A DNA stretch of 64,000 nt from Sphagnum compactum (Eukaryota). The position numbers were made by a program, and so were the translations under genes. Positions 12,201 through 25,135 of the stretch are shown here, in pieces (position 1 is the first letter of the stretch; each line of letters opens with the position of its first letter). Below the pieces are notes generated by a model. It made no database searches. It was not told where the DNA came from and worked only from the letters and a program-made list of their open reading frames with translations. The stretch lies in NCBI GenBank assembly GCA_965153455.1, contig OZ234493.1, forward strand, positions 15,180,213-15,244,212, read 5' to 3'.

Positions 12201-15200
12201 GATATCAGCAACTATATCTGGCTCCTCCTTTCCTTGCCATACAAATCCCTGCCTTCCCACTGCCTGTTCGTTCAAGGTGGAAGTTTGTAATTCTGTATCA
12301 TTCTGATCGCACTGCCTCTCCTCCTCCCCCTGCAGACAAGTATTCTGTTGCTTTGAGAGGTTTTCCACAGACCCAAGCACCTGAAAATTCGTGGAATTCG
12401 AGGAGGAAGGAGGCTGAACAACTGGAATAGGCAGAGGAGATCGCCTTGCAGGGAGAAATGGGGAACCCAAATTTGACGCAACTGGAGAAGCAGGTGAACT
12501 AATTGAATTCGAGACTTCACCGGCAGCAACGTGATGATTACTTAGAGCATGAGTTTCAAGTGGCCAAAATGTTAGAGGGGTTCTCTTTGCCTTTGGTGGT
12601 GCTGAGAGAACAACTTCTGGTTTTGCTGATGATGATACAAATGCTGCTGCTGCTGCGTTAATACATGCACCCTCCTCGAGTATCTCTGAATTTGCAACTG
12701 TGTGCATTGGGCCTTCTTGAGAATCAATGCACTCGTTCTCACATGAAACTGCTGCTGGAGCTTCAAGCTTACCCTCCAACTGTTTGCACTCCACTGGAGC
12801 AGACACCTCCTCCTCAGTTTGCAACTCCAAGGTGGTACCACCTTGATCAAGTTCACCAGTAACTAGCACAATTCCAGAGGGAGCCTCTGAAGCAGCAGCA
12901 GCAGATTGACCATCTGTGATGCCAGCTTCTTGAGAATCAGAGTGCTGCACATTCTCAGACATATCCACTGGAACTGGAGACTTCTTGGGCTCTTCTGGAG
13001 CTGATGCTTCCTCAATTCCCAAAGTAGAGGTGGCAAACTCTTGATCCACTGCTTCTGCTGTGACCAACTCAATTCTACAAGGACCACCACTTGAGGCCAC
13101 CGCTTGACCATCTGTCACAAGAAGCAGATCTGCCTTGGATTTGTTTCCCTCCTCCAAAGGACACACACTTTTCTCAAGCTCCAACTGAGGGTGGCTAGCC
13201 TCTTGTGATTCTGCACCATGCACATTCTCACATGAATTACTTGCTGCACCTGGAAGCTTGGCCTCCCACTGCATGCAATCTACTGGAGCCGAGATTTCCA
13301 CATCTTCCAACATAAAGGTGCCATCTTGATCTGCTTCAGCTGTAACTGATTCGATTTGGGAATGACCGTTTGAGAGAGGCACTTGACCATCATCTGTCAC
13401 AAGTCTCTTTGGCTCCAGAAGACATGCAACTTTGTCCGACTCCACCTGAATCACACTAGCTTTACCATGCAGATTCTCACATGATGAACTCATCCGACCT
13501 GGAAGATTGGCCTCCCACTGCATACAGTCCACTGGAGCTGATATTCCTGCAGTTTCCAACATAGAGGCAACACCACCTTGATCATCTTCAGCTGTACCCA
13601 ATTCAATTTCGGAATGACGATTTGCAGGAGTCACTTGACCATCATCTGTCACAAGAAGCGAATCTGTCGCAGGTCTGTTTCCCTCTGAAAGGACTGCAAC
13701 TTTCTCAAACTCTGCCTGACTGACACTAGCTTCTTGAGATTCTTTGCCATGCACATTCTCCTCCAAGGAACTCACCACACCTGGAAGCTTGGCCTCCCAT
13801 TGCATACAGTCCGCTGGAACTGATACCTCTTCCTCAGTTCTCAATCTAGAGGTGGTGGCACATTGATCCTCTTCAGCTGTAACCACCTCACTGTTGGAAT
13901 GACCATTTGTGGGCATCACTTGACCATTTGCAGGAGCTACTTGATCATCTGCGGGAGCCACTTGACCATCTGCTGCAACAACAAGTGGAGCTGCAGGAGG
14001 TCTGTGTGCCTCCAGAAGGGCTGCAACTTTCTCGGACTCTACATGAATGAAGCTAGCTTCTTGGGATTCACCTTGCACATTCTCATGTGAACTCTCCAGG
14101 CCTGGAAGCTTGGCCTCCGACTGCATGGAGTCCACTGGAGCTGATACCTCCTCAATTCCCAAAGTAGAGGTGGCAAATTGATTTGCTTTTGCTGTATCAG
14201 ACTGAACCTCAGAAGAACCATTCAATGCAGCCCCTGGATCATCTGTTGGAAGAAATGCATCATCTGTCACAGCTTTCCTTGATTCTGGAAGAAGACCAAC
14301 ACTTTGAGACACAAGAGCAGCTTCTTGCAAGTCACCATGTGCATTCTCAGCTGAACCCATTGGATTGGGAACCTTAGCCTCCTCCAGCTGCATAGATTCC
14401 ACTGGAGCTGATACCTCATGCATTCCCAAAGGAGTGATGGGGCAGTGATCAACTCCAGCTGCTGTGGCCAACTTGATCTCAGAAGGACCATTCAATGCAG
14501 GTGCTTGATCATCAGTCACTGTAAATGAAGCTGCTGCTGCCATAGTTCTGCTTGCCTCTGGATATACAGTGGCATTTTCAACCTCAGAGGACTGAACAAG
14601 TCCAACTTCTTCAGCATGAACATTTTCATAAGAACCCAACAGAACTGGAGGCTTGTCATCCAACTGCTGGCAATCCTCAGAGGATAACACCTCCTTGATC
14701 CTCAAAGTTGTTGCTGGGGATTGATCAAATTCAGCTGTGATCTGCTCGATCTTGGAAGGACCATTTGATGCAGCCACCTGATCATCATCTGTCATGATGA
14801 GTACAGGCACCACCACAGGTTTACTTGCCTCTGGAGGAGAAACTATACCATTCTCTTCTAACTGCAACTGAACAAGGCCAGCTTCTTGAGAATCTCTGTC
14901 CACATTTTCACATGAAAAAGACATCGGAACTGGAAAGTTGGATTCTGACTGCTGGCACTCCATTGAAGTTGTCACCTCCTCAATTCTGAAAGTAGCAATG
15001 GGCGACCTTTGATGATCACCTTCAGCTGTAATTAGCTCACTCTTGGAAGCACTGTTTGAGACAGCTGCTTGCTCATTCATCACAATGCATGCAGCAGTGA
15101 CCTCAACTTCGTTTGTCTCGGGAGTAACAGTAAAATTTCTACACTGTGACTGGATGAGGCCACCAGCTGTAGAAGAGGAAGGTTGCTCCTCCTCCTCACC

Positions 15201-16325
15201 TTTCACAGTGGCGATCATCAATTTAACCTCTGACCTATCTCTCTCAACCTCAGAGGAACTGAGAGTTGGCTCAGTTACTCCAGGAGGAGCCTCGCCCATC
15301 ATTGCAGGACTTCTTTCCTTCAACAACCTAGGTTGAGCAAGAGTAGTAGTAGTACACACAGATAATGCACAAGTTGACATCCTCTTTGGAAGAAGAACGG
15401 CATTCTCCATCTGGCTGCTGGGAACCGACGGACCCCAAAAACAACAAAGGTGTCAAAACTCCTGTCTTGTAAGATACTCATTTCTCTATAGTGACATTTC
15501 TCTATCACTGAACATATCATCAACCTAGTCTTTTACTGTATCTATTCTCACATCTACAGATGCATAGGAAGTGCATGAGATAAGATTGTGTGACAAGAAG
15601 AATGCACAGCAAGAATTGCAACACAATTAACACAACAGTCGCATGATACAATCAAGGACAAAACCATATCCTTACTATGATGAGACCACAGAAGCTGGGA
15701 ATCTAGTGACATACTGGTTGCTTGAGACATTTTGTGTGTTGTTGTTGTTGTTGTTGTTGACGACATTGACAACCATGTCCTGTGAAGTTTCTGAGAGAAC
15801 TGCCTCCAGTGGCGGCATTGATGTCGGGGTCCTCAAGGGCTCCACCATAAGAACCGCATCTTTACTACCTCCAGCAAGACTGTCCACATTCTGCTTCTTC
15901 AAAGGAGATTCAAAGAGATGAACCCCTCCTGCATCACGGGACTTACGCTTCACATAAACTTTCACATTCTCACTTTCAGTGCAAAACTTGCTGATAGTAG
16001 TCCGTGCACTAATACTACTACTACTACTACTACCACTACTACTATGACCTGGTGAAGGCCCAGTTGATGTTCCCTTCCAAGTTGCAAACTCAATTTCCAT
16101 TCCACTACTATTACATTCTGCATTGACCACCTGCTCCTCGCCCCGAACACTGTTCTCTAAGAGACTGGATCTCTGACCAGCAGCTACTGCTGGATCAGGA
16201 TCACTCTCTTCCATCCTGTTCTTCACCAATCCCCAAACCCTCTTTGTGAACAAAAATTTGTTTGTGAAGCTTCGTCTTCTTCTCAACCTGCAAAGTTGCC
16301 TGCAAGTAACTCCACCCACAAACAT
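6231..16325 (-). CDS. IDM1-like chromatin protein (Tify-binding domains, PHD fingers, C-terminal GNAT acetyltransferase-like domain)
   Basis: GT-AG exons read by eye: 16325(or ATG 16214)-15715, ~15417-11583, 11297-11172, 10896-10828, 10628-10349, 10105-9973, 9760-9556, 9408-9349, 9153-9101, 8945-8755, 8636-8420, 8304-8247, 7964-7908, 7771-7508, 7366-7302, 7133-7077, 6927-6834, 6606-6466, 6320-6231. Motifs: AKQLLATGLLEGHHVRY, FEKHAGSSNRHP, GGLPDDTEVGYY, FEQHAG, CNECGDGGELLLCTSCPRSYH..WYCPQC, LPEGDWFC, LAEVPLVAT..GQGNCKALM, AEDIWLTKFGF. Confidence 0.88.
12715..15100 (-). repeat. Nine degenerate ~70-105 aa acidic repeats inside the giant second coding exon
   Basis: Recurring TDDxQ..SNGxSxIE.VTAE.DQ..EEVSAPVDCMQWEAKLPG..SCENVHG.ESQEA in the 1280-aa ORF 11568-15410. 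Confidence 0.85.
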
Positions 16326-16934
16326 ACCTTAAAACCATACGCTCAGAATGAAGGGGCCAGTCAGTACATGTTCCTACTGTCAAAGAGATTCATTGAAGAA
16401 CTCCAGGTTCTGTGAAACACCCATTGCCAATCCAAAAGCATTCTACAGAAAGCAGCGTCCTGTATATGTGTCTATTGCTCACCCTCAAAAGATGACAGAC
16501 AGTGTGTGAGGAGCAGGAGGAGGAGGTTCTTCTCACAACTCCTGTCTGTTGCCTTTTTGACTGACCTCAGACTCACAACTCTCTAATGGGTAGGTACCCA
16601 CAAAATTTTTAAAATCACAATAGTACACAATTCTCCAGAGGATTGATCAGTTCATGGTCTATCAAATGAATGCATCCATGCACAGAGAAGAGAAATTCAT
16701 TCTCATCATGTTGTTGCAACAAGTCATGGGTTTGATTTCCAGGGATGGATGAGCTCTGCAGAATCATGGGCTTGGGGCAGGCTCAATTCCAGAATCACCA
16801 CTGAAATTCAAACCCCCACCCACCGCCTGAAAGCTTTCTTTGTTGTTCATGCATGGCATGCATGATGGATGCAGGAGGACAAAACAACACAATTCTTTCT
16901 TCAAGCGAGCAACCGAAACCCACTGTTCTCATCC

Positions 16935-17100
16935 TGTAGCAGGAGGAAGACATGTGTGATGGATGATGATGCAGCAGGAGGACATGGAGACACACCCAAT
17001 TAATTCTTCCAGCAACCAAACCCATTCTTCTCTTCTTGTAGCAGGAGGAGGACATGTGTGATGGATGATGCAGCAGGACACGGAGAGACACACACAATTC
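16935..17100. repeat. Two-copy direct repeat (about 102-bp spacing) upstream of the IDM1-like start, followed by a (CTT)n tract
   Basis: GTAGCAGGAGGARGACATGTGTGATGGATGATG at about 16936 and 17038. (CTT)n lies at about 17150-17180. Confidence 0.8.
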
Positions 17101-18507
17101 TTTCTTCTACCAACCAAACACATTCTTCTAGTAGTAGGGGAAAACGCTTTCTTCTTCTTCTTCTTCTTCTTCTTCTTCTTGTAGATTACGAAAAGTGCAA
17201 AGAGTCAGAGCAAAGCTCCAACGGTGAGCTCGACGGAGTGAGTGAGTAAGCGAGTGAGCAGATGGGTGGGTGGGTTTGCTGTCGCCAAACGGAAATTCAA
17301 CTCTCAGATCTTGTTGTGCTAGGAAAACGCAAGAGCTCAAGCACACTCTCTAAGAGACGACCAAACCCAAATCGATGATCCTGGAAGAAGAAGCAGCAGC
17401 AGCAGCAAAAGCTTACAGGGATGGATTAAAACAGCAGCACAAAACCCCAGAGTAATCTGGAGGATGAAGAGGAGGAATGGAGGAGGAAGGGAAAGGTGGG
17501 TTTTGTTGCAGGAGCCAAGGAGGAGTTTTTCAACTAACCTGAAAAGCCACAGTCTGATGAAGACAAACCGAAACTCCGCTCAGCCTCCTTCCCTCCTCCG
17601 ACGACGAAGACGGCAACGACGACGACAACAACGACGACGACAAAAGTAGTAGTCCCTAGTCCGCTTGCACGCTCGCTCGCTCGGAAACAAACCCTAGTTG
17701 TTCCCTTCTCTTGTTCGTGTGCGTCGATCGATCGAGGACCCCGTTTTGTTGGCTCTCGACGATCTCTTTTCGCAGCTTCGCTTTTTTCCGCACACGGAAG
17801 AAGCCAAAACTCTCCTTCTTTTCTTCTTGTTGGTTTTTTTTGGGTTGGTTTGTGGCGGATAATTCTCACTTGGATGAGAAGAATCTCTTCAACAATCCGC
17901 ACATGTGTCGTGATGGGGTCATGTCATGCATGAGCGTTTTCTTTGTATTTGTGTTGTGTTGGATCGATTGATCATCATCTTTTTTTTGCCCTCTCAATCA
18001 TCATCTCTTTCTTGTCCTCTCGATCGATCATCGTCTCTCTTTTTTTTTCCTTCTTCTTCTTCCCCGAGGAGAAGATGATGATTATGATTTTCTTCGTCTT
18101 GCACTAATAATTTATGTTTTACTTTCTATATTATCCTTTATTTGCGGAAACCCTTGTATTATGTATGAATGTACGTGCGTGAGAGCGACCTAGGCATGTC
18201 GAATGAACGAAGATCGGGCACTTTTCGATGATGCGCATTTGCGATGCTTTTCTTTTTCAGTAGTTTTTTTTTGGTTTACTTCAGATATTATTAAGTATGT
18301 CCTGCTTCTGTTGCTTCTGCCTGATTGTGCTTAGATCTCGACTCTCATCAACAGATCTCAGTCGATCTTCTTCCCACATCTTCTTTCTTCCCCGACTGCC
18401 TTCGAGTCCGAATGTGGTTGGAATTTCGCAACTTTACTTTTGATATTTTTTGTCGAATTCTCTTTTCTCGATTTTTCTTCTTTGAAGATCAAACAAGATA
18501 CCCAGCA

Positions 18508-19322
18508 GGACGGACTTCCGACGGATCACAAAATTTTCTTGGGGTATCCGCCATTTCAGATCACTTTGCACAACTCCCAATTCAACTCTTTTGAGTATTC
18601 TTCTTCTTATGCTTGACGGACTTCCAACCGAACACCAAATTTTTCTTGAGGTATCCGCCCTTTCAATTTAACTTTGCACAACTCCCATTTTGACTCTTGA
18701 GTATTCTTCTTCTTATACTTTACGAACTTCCGACAGAACACCAAATTTTCTTGGGGTGTCCGCCCTTTCAGATAACTTTGAACAACTCCCATTTTAACCC
18801 TCGAGTATTCTTCTTCTTATATTTGACGAACTTCCGACAGAACACCAAGTTTTCTTGAAGTATCCGCCCTTTCAGATAACTCTGCACAACTCTCATTTAA
18901 ATCTCTTGAGTGTTCTTCTTCTTATGCTTGACGAACTTCCAACAGAATATCAAAAAAAAATTGAGGTATCCGTCCTTTCAGGGAACTCCGCACAACTCCC
19001 ATTTTGAACTCTTGAGTGTTCTTCTTCTTATGCTTGACGGACTTCCAACAGAACACCAGATTTTCTTGGGGTATCCGCCCTTTCAGATAACTTTGCACAA
19101 CTCCCATTTTGACTCTTGAGTATTCTTCAACAGAACACCAAATGTTTTTGAGGTATCCGCCCTTTCAGATAACTTTGCACAACTCCCGTTTTGACTCTTG
19201 AGGATTCTTCTTATACTTGACGAACTTGCAACAGAACACCAATTTTTTTCTCGAGGTCTCCGCCTTTCAGAAAACTTTGCACAACTCCCATTTTAGCTCT
19301 GGAGTATTCTTCTTATACTTCT
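18508..19322. repeat. Tandem array, 8 copies of a ~105-bp unit
   Basis: The anchor ACAACTCCC (or a one-base variant) recurs at 18570, 18678, 18782, 18886, 18992, 19097, 19179 and 19281. Unit consensus is approximately CTTGACGAACTTCCAACAGAACACCAAATTTTCTTGAGGTATCCGCCCTTTCAGATAACTTTGCACAACTCCCATTTTGACTCTTGAGTATTCTTCTTCTTAT. Confidence 0.95.
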
Positions 19323-20651
19323 TGGATTTGGAGAGTTTCATAATTTTAGTAGTTTCAAATTTCATGGTTGTGGTACAGAACAACATCAGAGGGACTCTTT
19401 TGTGTTGAGTGGATTTAACAGAGAAGCAAAGCAAAGCAAGCAAATCTTGAGAAGTTCTTTCCTTCTTCTTCTTTTGGAGCATTTCCAAATGCACATCAAA
19501 GTTCTATTAGAAAGTTGCATGAAGCAAAGCACTTGTCTTGAGACCTTTTCTTTCTTCCCCTTTTGGAGTAGTTTCAATTTTTACCTGGCACACATTTGAG
19601 TACCTACACATCTGAGTGCGAGAACAGTTTCATGATATATGCTCATGTACCCATGTTAGGAAATTTGTTCTGATCATGAACTTCAAGAGGAAGCAGTCAG
19701 CTGTCAAGTGTCTTCTTGACAAGGTTTTCTAATCTGTTGGAGCACCTTTTCTTTCCCCCCCTATCTGCATCATAGCTGTTTTTTCTCTCCAGTGCATGAA
19801 TTTTTTCACCTAAAGAATATGTTGTCTGGCAGATCAACAGGAGCAGCTAACGACGAATGATGACACATTTAGAAGTCAAGTTTATAGACTGTGATATTAT
19901 TATTGGGATTCAACTTGCAATATATCGATGATTTTGAGGACAAGGAGGATAAGAGTGTAACTACCTGAATTATTTTTCTCGAGGATAAAGTGAGTATTGT
20001 TTGCGACAAGGAAAGCTTTTCCAAACCCCTTCACTGCAGAGTGTGTCATAAAAAGAACCTTCACAACTATCCAGGTGTTGAAAACACACAAGGCTTTTAT
20101 GTTTTCAACCTATCTATGAGCTTTTATGATGTGCTGAAAATGGCCCAGAAATGGATCATCAGCTCCCAAGATTATGAGAAAACACACCCGCAGCAAAAGA
20201 TGCATAAAGAGCTCAGTGCTGATCCCCATTGGAGAGCACTTGAATGCTGATCTCTCTAAAGGGAGGATGTACCTATTGAATTACCTTTGGCAGCTGTAGA
20301 AAAAATGGTTCTTCATCATTTGCTTGCTCAAGCATTGTGCTTTGGCATCAAACTTTTTTCTTTTAACAAACATGTAAAAGGGGTTGCTTCAGCAGCTTGA
20401 AGAATATCCTACTCCCCATCAGTGTAAATGAAATGAGTTTTTTGTGGTTTCATGCATATACTGAATCCTTGTACTAGTGTGTCCAATTTTACCAAAAGAG
20501 AAAAAAACAATATTGAAGCTTTGATTGAAGTTCATAATACGAGATTGCCAAAAGATCTTTAAGTTCTCATATCCAATGGGTTTGTGTGCAGAGGTTGGGG
20601 GAGAATTGTGGCTTGCAGGTTACGTCCAAGCAAGCAAGCAGGCCTGCAAAC

Positions 20652-22356
20652 ATGGCAAGTATAATGGCTAATATGGTGGTCAGGAATGTGTTTGTCTATG
20701 GAACACTGCTTGCACCTGAGGTTGTTTCTGCGCTCATCCATCGTGCTCCCACATCTTCTCCAGCTCTTGTTCATGACTAGTAAGACAAACCTCCTCTTGT
20801 AACTTATTTGGCCCTGCAAATAGACAGACAGACAGACAGGCATGATCGAGTATAAGGGCTTTTTTCTCCTCTTCTTCTTCTAGTAAGACTACTACCATCT
20901 CCTATTCAAATGTTGTGGCCTCCACAAATCAATCAGGGCCAACTTAATTGACTACTCAAGATACAACCAAGAATCAACAAGAAGCAGCAGCCCCCAAAAT
21001 TGAACTGAGACATCTTTGCCCCTTCAGATTTGGAAAAGGAAATTGAGCTTTTGCAAAGGAATTTCAAGAAGGGGTCTTTTCAATAATGGGTGATGTATTT
21101 CTGAGGGTTAGGATCTAAAGGAATGGTTTAGGGTTTAGGGTCTGAAGGAATGGTTCTGAAGATGTATTGGTTCGCAACAAATGATTTGATAAATTATTTG
21201 GGGAGTGTGAATTGGGTCATGGAAATTCAATATTGGTTGAAGAGGAGGTTGGGATGTGAATTGCAGCCATCGACATGGTGTCAAGGACCGCATATATCCT
21301 GCTGTGTCACCTGCCAAGGGAGACAAAGTTTATGGGAAGGTAGGTGTCTTTCTAAATCCTGGGCCTGCTGTTGTTACACTAACAACTTGGAAAATGAACT
21401 CTTCCTTCTCTCTGTTCCATTTCAGCATCATGCAATCACCCAATTGCAGCAAATCATGAGATTACCACAGCCATCGCCTATTCTCCTTCTGGTTAACAGA
21501 AATAAATTAGGGAGCTGATGAACCACACAGGACCAATTATTTTGCTCTGTTGTGTTGTAGGTACTTTTTGATCTGACAGAATGGGAGCTTGAAGTTTTTG
21601 ACATGTTTGAGGATATTGAATATACAAGAATGGTTACAACACCCATTCTTTTGGTATTTCCCTAACCTTCAAAGAAGTTTCACACCTCGTACAAGGTGGT
21701 GCTATGAAATTAATGAACTTCCATGTTTGGTATGCCTGAATACTTTGATGATAATGTGTTACTGTGAGTGATCAGTCATGATAGCTAGGATACTTTCAAA
21801 TTGTGTTGATAACTTAGTAGCCCAATTGCGAGCTTGCAGGGCAAGACCACCATGGAAACCACCCTCGAGGACCAAGTACCCATAGGTATGAATGGAGAAG
21901 ATGCAGTGGTTGATGCTGGAATTGAAAATGTAGCAAAGGTCGGAACAGCAACTAGTCACGATTCTTTGCAAGCATACATTTATGTCTGGGCCAGTGATGT
22001 TGAACTCATTGGTGACTGGGATTATGAGGTAAAACTCTCGCACCCTTTCTCTTGAACTTGTTGGTGACTTGGATTATGAGGTAAAAACTCTTGCACCCTT
22101 TCTGTGGAACTTGGTGACTGGGATTATGAGGTAAAAACTTTCTTGCCCTTTTCTCTTTCAAAAAGGTGAGATCAGGATAAGTAACCAACACTGAACATGT
22201 TTCAGGAAAGTCCTCTCTTCTACTACTGACTGCTGAGTGAGGGTGGTTGTTGGCATTATTACTACTACACAGGCATGGAGAAGGATTCACTTGGAAGAGT
22301 ACGTGAAAATGTGTGAGGAGTTTGCATCTCAACTCCCACAGCGTACCAAAGATTGA
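20652..22356 (+). CDS. AIG2-like / gamma-glutamylcyclotransferase-fold protein
   Basis: Exons 20652-20779, 21267-21339, 21561-21653, 21840-22028 and 22273-22356 join in frame: NVFVYGTLLAPEVV..YHRHGVKDRIYPAV..VYGKVLFDLTEWELEVFDMFEDIEY..AYIYVWA..GDWDYEAWRRIHL. Confidence 0.9.
22009..22152 (+). repeat. Triplication (~51 bp) spanning the exon 4 splice donor of the AIG2-like gene
   Basis: TTGGTGACTKGGATTATGAG|GTAAAA occurs three times, with donors after 22028, 22080 and 22130. Confidence 0.9.
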
Positions 22357-24699
22357 AGTCCCTCAGTGTGTACATTATGGGTAAGCAATCATACAATGTT
22401 GATACACCTATTGCACCCAATAACACATTTTTTGCCTTATTCAAGCGGCTACCAAGCTAGCTAGCAACACTGGTTTGTCTTTTGGGAAAACAGGGCTTGA
22501 GACTACTTATGCCCACCCTCTTGATTCTGAGTTGTGACCTTGGTTTTTGTGTTTGCTTGTTACACTTTGAATTGCTCCTTATCTATTTATTTATTGATTT
22601 GGGCATATACAACAAATTCTATTTATTTATTGATTTGGGCATATACAACAAATCTATCTTATTCTAGTTTACATCAATGGAAAATCAAATACATTTCTTT
22701 AACCATTTTCTTAAATGTTTTCGTTGTGTGAGGGATCAATTTGCACTTCATTTCTTGCAATTATGGGTTCAATCCAGTTGTGAAAAGATTCCAATCAATG
22801 CAAAAGTTTTGGGTAAGCGTGCAATTTGTATTTCCCAAATCATCTTTTTTTTTCTTGTACATGTAACTACTCTCATGGAAAAATGATGAATCCTTGATGT
22901 TCCCAAGTTGTTCCATGACAATGAATTTACTCACATGAGTCAATGATCAACTTGTTGGTGCTAAAAGCTATGGAACAAACAATTTGTTCAAACATAAAGA
23001 CACATCCATATCTATGTGTATGAATCTCAATACAGTTGTGGAGTAAATAACTAAAATGCCCCAAGATAAAATAAATCCTCAAAATGTGAATATCAACTGT
23101 TGGATTTTATGTCAAAGCGTGATTTACAAATCAAAACATCCTAATCACAAATTGGATGTGCTTTGAAGTCGCTAATTAGGTTCAATGTTGCAAATGTAAA
23201 CTCTTATTTGGAAGTTTGTCTCCTTGATATTTGTTTGTCTTTTGGAGATTAAGACAATAGTACCTTTTCAGGTTCAGCACTTGCCTCTAGTGTGTCAAAG
23301 AGGTAAATTATTTTGTTTTTCAAATTTCACTTCGACAAATTTTTTTAATTTAATTATGAAATTTCAGCAATAAATATAGCCAGCTTCTTTGGCAGGTTCT
23401 CTAGACTTTGAACCTTTTTTAACACAACGATGCTTTTTACAAAAAAAAAATTACTATTTCTTTTTTTTTAAATTTGAAGAGATAATGTTCCACCTTGAAT
23501 AATAGGATAGAGAAATATTATTAATTATTGGATACCTATTTTGCAACGGTAGATTGGCCTAAAGCAAGAATCTCATGGGTTTCCACCATTTTTTTCAACC
23601 CTTTCTAATTTTCTTAAATTTGACATTTCAACTAGATAATTTTTAGACAATTTGACATTTCCAAAAATAATTTAATTACTACCAAAACTAAAAAGGTACT
23701 ATAATAATAAATTTTTTGATAATTCTTATTTTGATTTTGCAAAATTAATAGGTTTCATATTGTAACATTTTTTTTGTGTGAATTATTTTTTAAAATGTTC
23801 AATCACAATGTTCTTTTTTTTTTAAACATTCACAAGAAAGGAGATTTTTTTATTATTTTTGTTAGATGTCTATTCATAGTTAATGATGCTCTAGCAAAAC
23901 AAATGAAAAAAAAAAACACTAATTATAATGGATGTTTGAGTCTGTTAGCTAGTTGGACTTGTTATTTGGCAATCCCGAACTTTTTGTTGCAAAAGCCTTT
24001 ACTTTATTTTGACATAATATTCACTTAGGTACTAGTTCAATTCAAATCATTGTAAGTAAACAATTCATTTATTTCAACTAAGTTCAAATCATATATTTAG
24101 TATTTTTTTGGAAGATCATTACTAACTAAATGTTTCAAATGAAAAGGTGAATTACATTCTTGAAAAGGTTAAATGCAATCTAGTAATAACGATAACAATT
24201 CTTTTGTTAATGATTCAATAAAAGAAATGATGTGTTGACCCTTTCATGGTTGAATTGTTTAGTTTTGACAATAAAACAATCTCCATGGGAAATGTTTGCA
24301 AACCAACAATGAATTTGTTGAAATTAAGTAGATCAATTCATCAAGTTACTACCTTATTACTTGAGCATTTTATTCCTTCCCCCAAATTTTCACAATTGTT
24401 CCTTTCCCCAAATTTTCTTGATTGTTTTTAGTAAGAATGACCATTGATTAAACAAATGTTTATTCACATGTGACCAAGTTTGTCAAAAGATTTATTGTTG
24501 TATTTTGATAAATTAAATAAATTTTCATTAACAAACTTGAAAAGTTATTTTCAAAACTTGTTAATTGAGGACATTCATGTTAAAATCACCTAATATGACA
24601 TTGTGACAAAAAGTGAAAGAATTTTTTTAAATTTTTGAAATGCAAATAAAAAAGTTCTCAAAGATGAGATATGAAGGATTAGAAGTGCAATGTTGAATT

Positions 24700-25135
24700 A
24701 TCATATTAACAGTCAATATTCAAGATGGCCAAATGGTGTTGCTTTTGAATTAGGATTATTTTTTCGTTATTATTGATTTTGTTTTCCTTCTCATTAATTT
24801 GCAACCATCACACTGATTTGCAAGTACTTAAATGATGTTCTCCAGGGCATCTTCACTAGCACCACCTATTTGAATTTTGGACCTTTACTAGTGTTTACCA
24901 TAATACCTTGTCCACTTTGACACATGTTTGTCAAATAAGTAATTACCTTTGAAGATTCCATTTTGACAAATGATGTATTCTCAAATATTCCATCATATTT
25001 TGTATTTCCTTTTAGAGAAAATATTTTCAAAAAACATTCATTCACCTTTTCAAATTGTGAATGCAAAATTGGCCCAAGTATTATCGTATAACATCCAACA
25101 TAAAAAATTAATTATTTCCCCATCCTCACCCATGA
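24700..25135 (-). pseudogene. Relic of a Ulp1/peptidase C48 SUMO-protease domain, probably transposon-borne
   Basis: Minus-strand fragments in the expected order across frameshifts: DGEIINFLCWML, IFENTSFVKM, GNYLFDKHVSKWT|GT, IILIQKQHH(W)..ILTVNM. The catalytic Cys motif was not found. Confidence 0.5.

Noticed and set aside
11568-15410. 1280-aa ORF as a stand-alone gene
   Set aside because: An in-frame acceptor near 15414-15417 and a donor at 11582 link it to flanking exons of the IDM1-like gene.
18508-19322. CRISPR-like appearance of the regular array
   Set aside because: Whole units are repeated with no unique spacers, there are no cas genes, and the context is eukaryotic.
19990-20250. 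86-aa ORF with FYDV and WRAL words, faintly TIR-like
   Set aside because: Too few motifs, a non-ATG start and no supporting neighbouring exons.
24560-24600. Minus-strand VILGDFNMN, resembling the APE endonuclease motif
   Set aside because: It is isolated with no other endonuclease motifs nearby, and it overlaps a plausible TAG|G splice acceptor, so it is probably coincidental.
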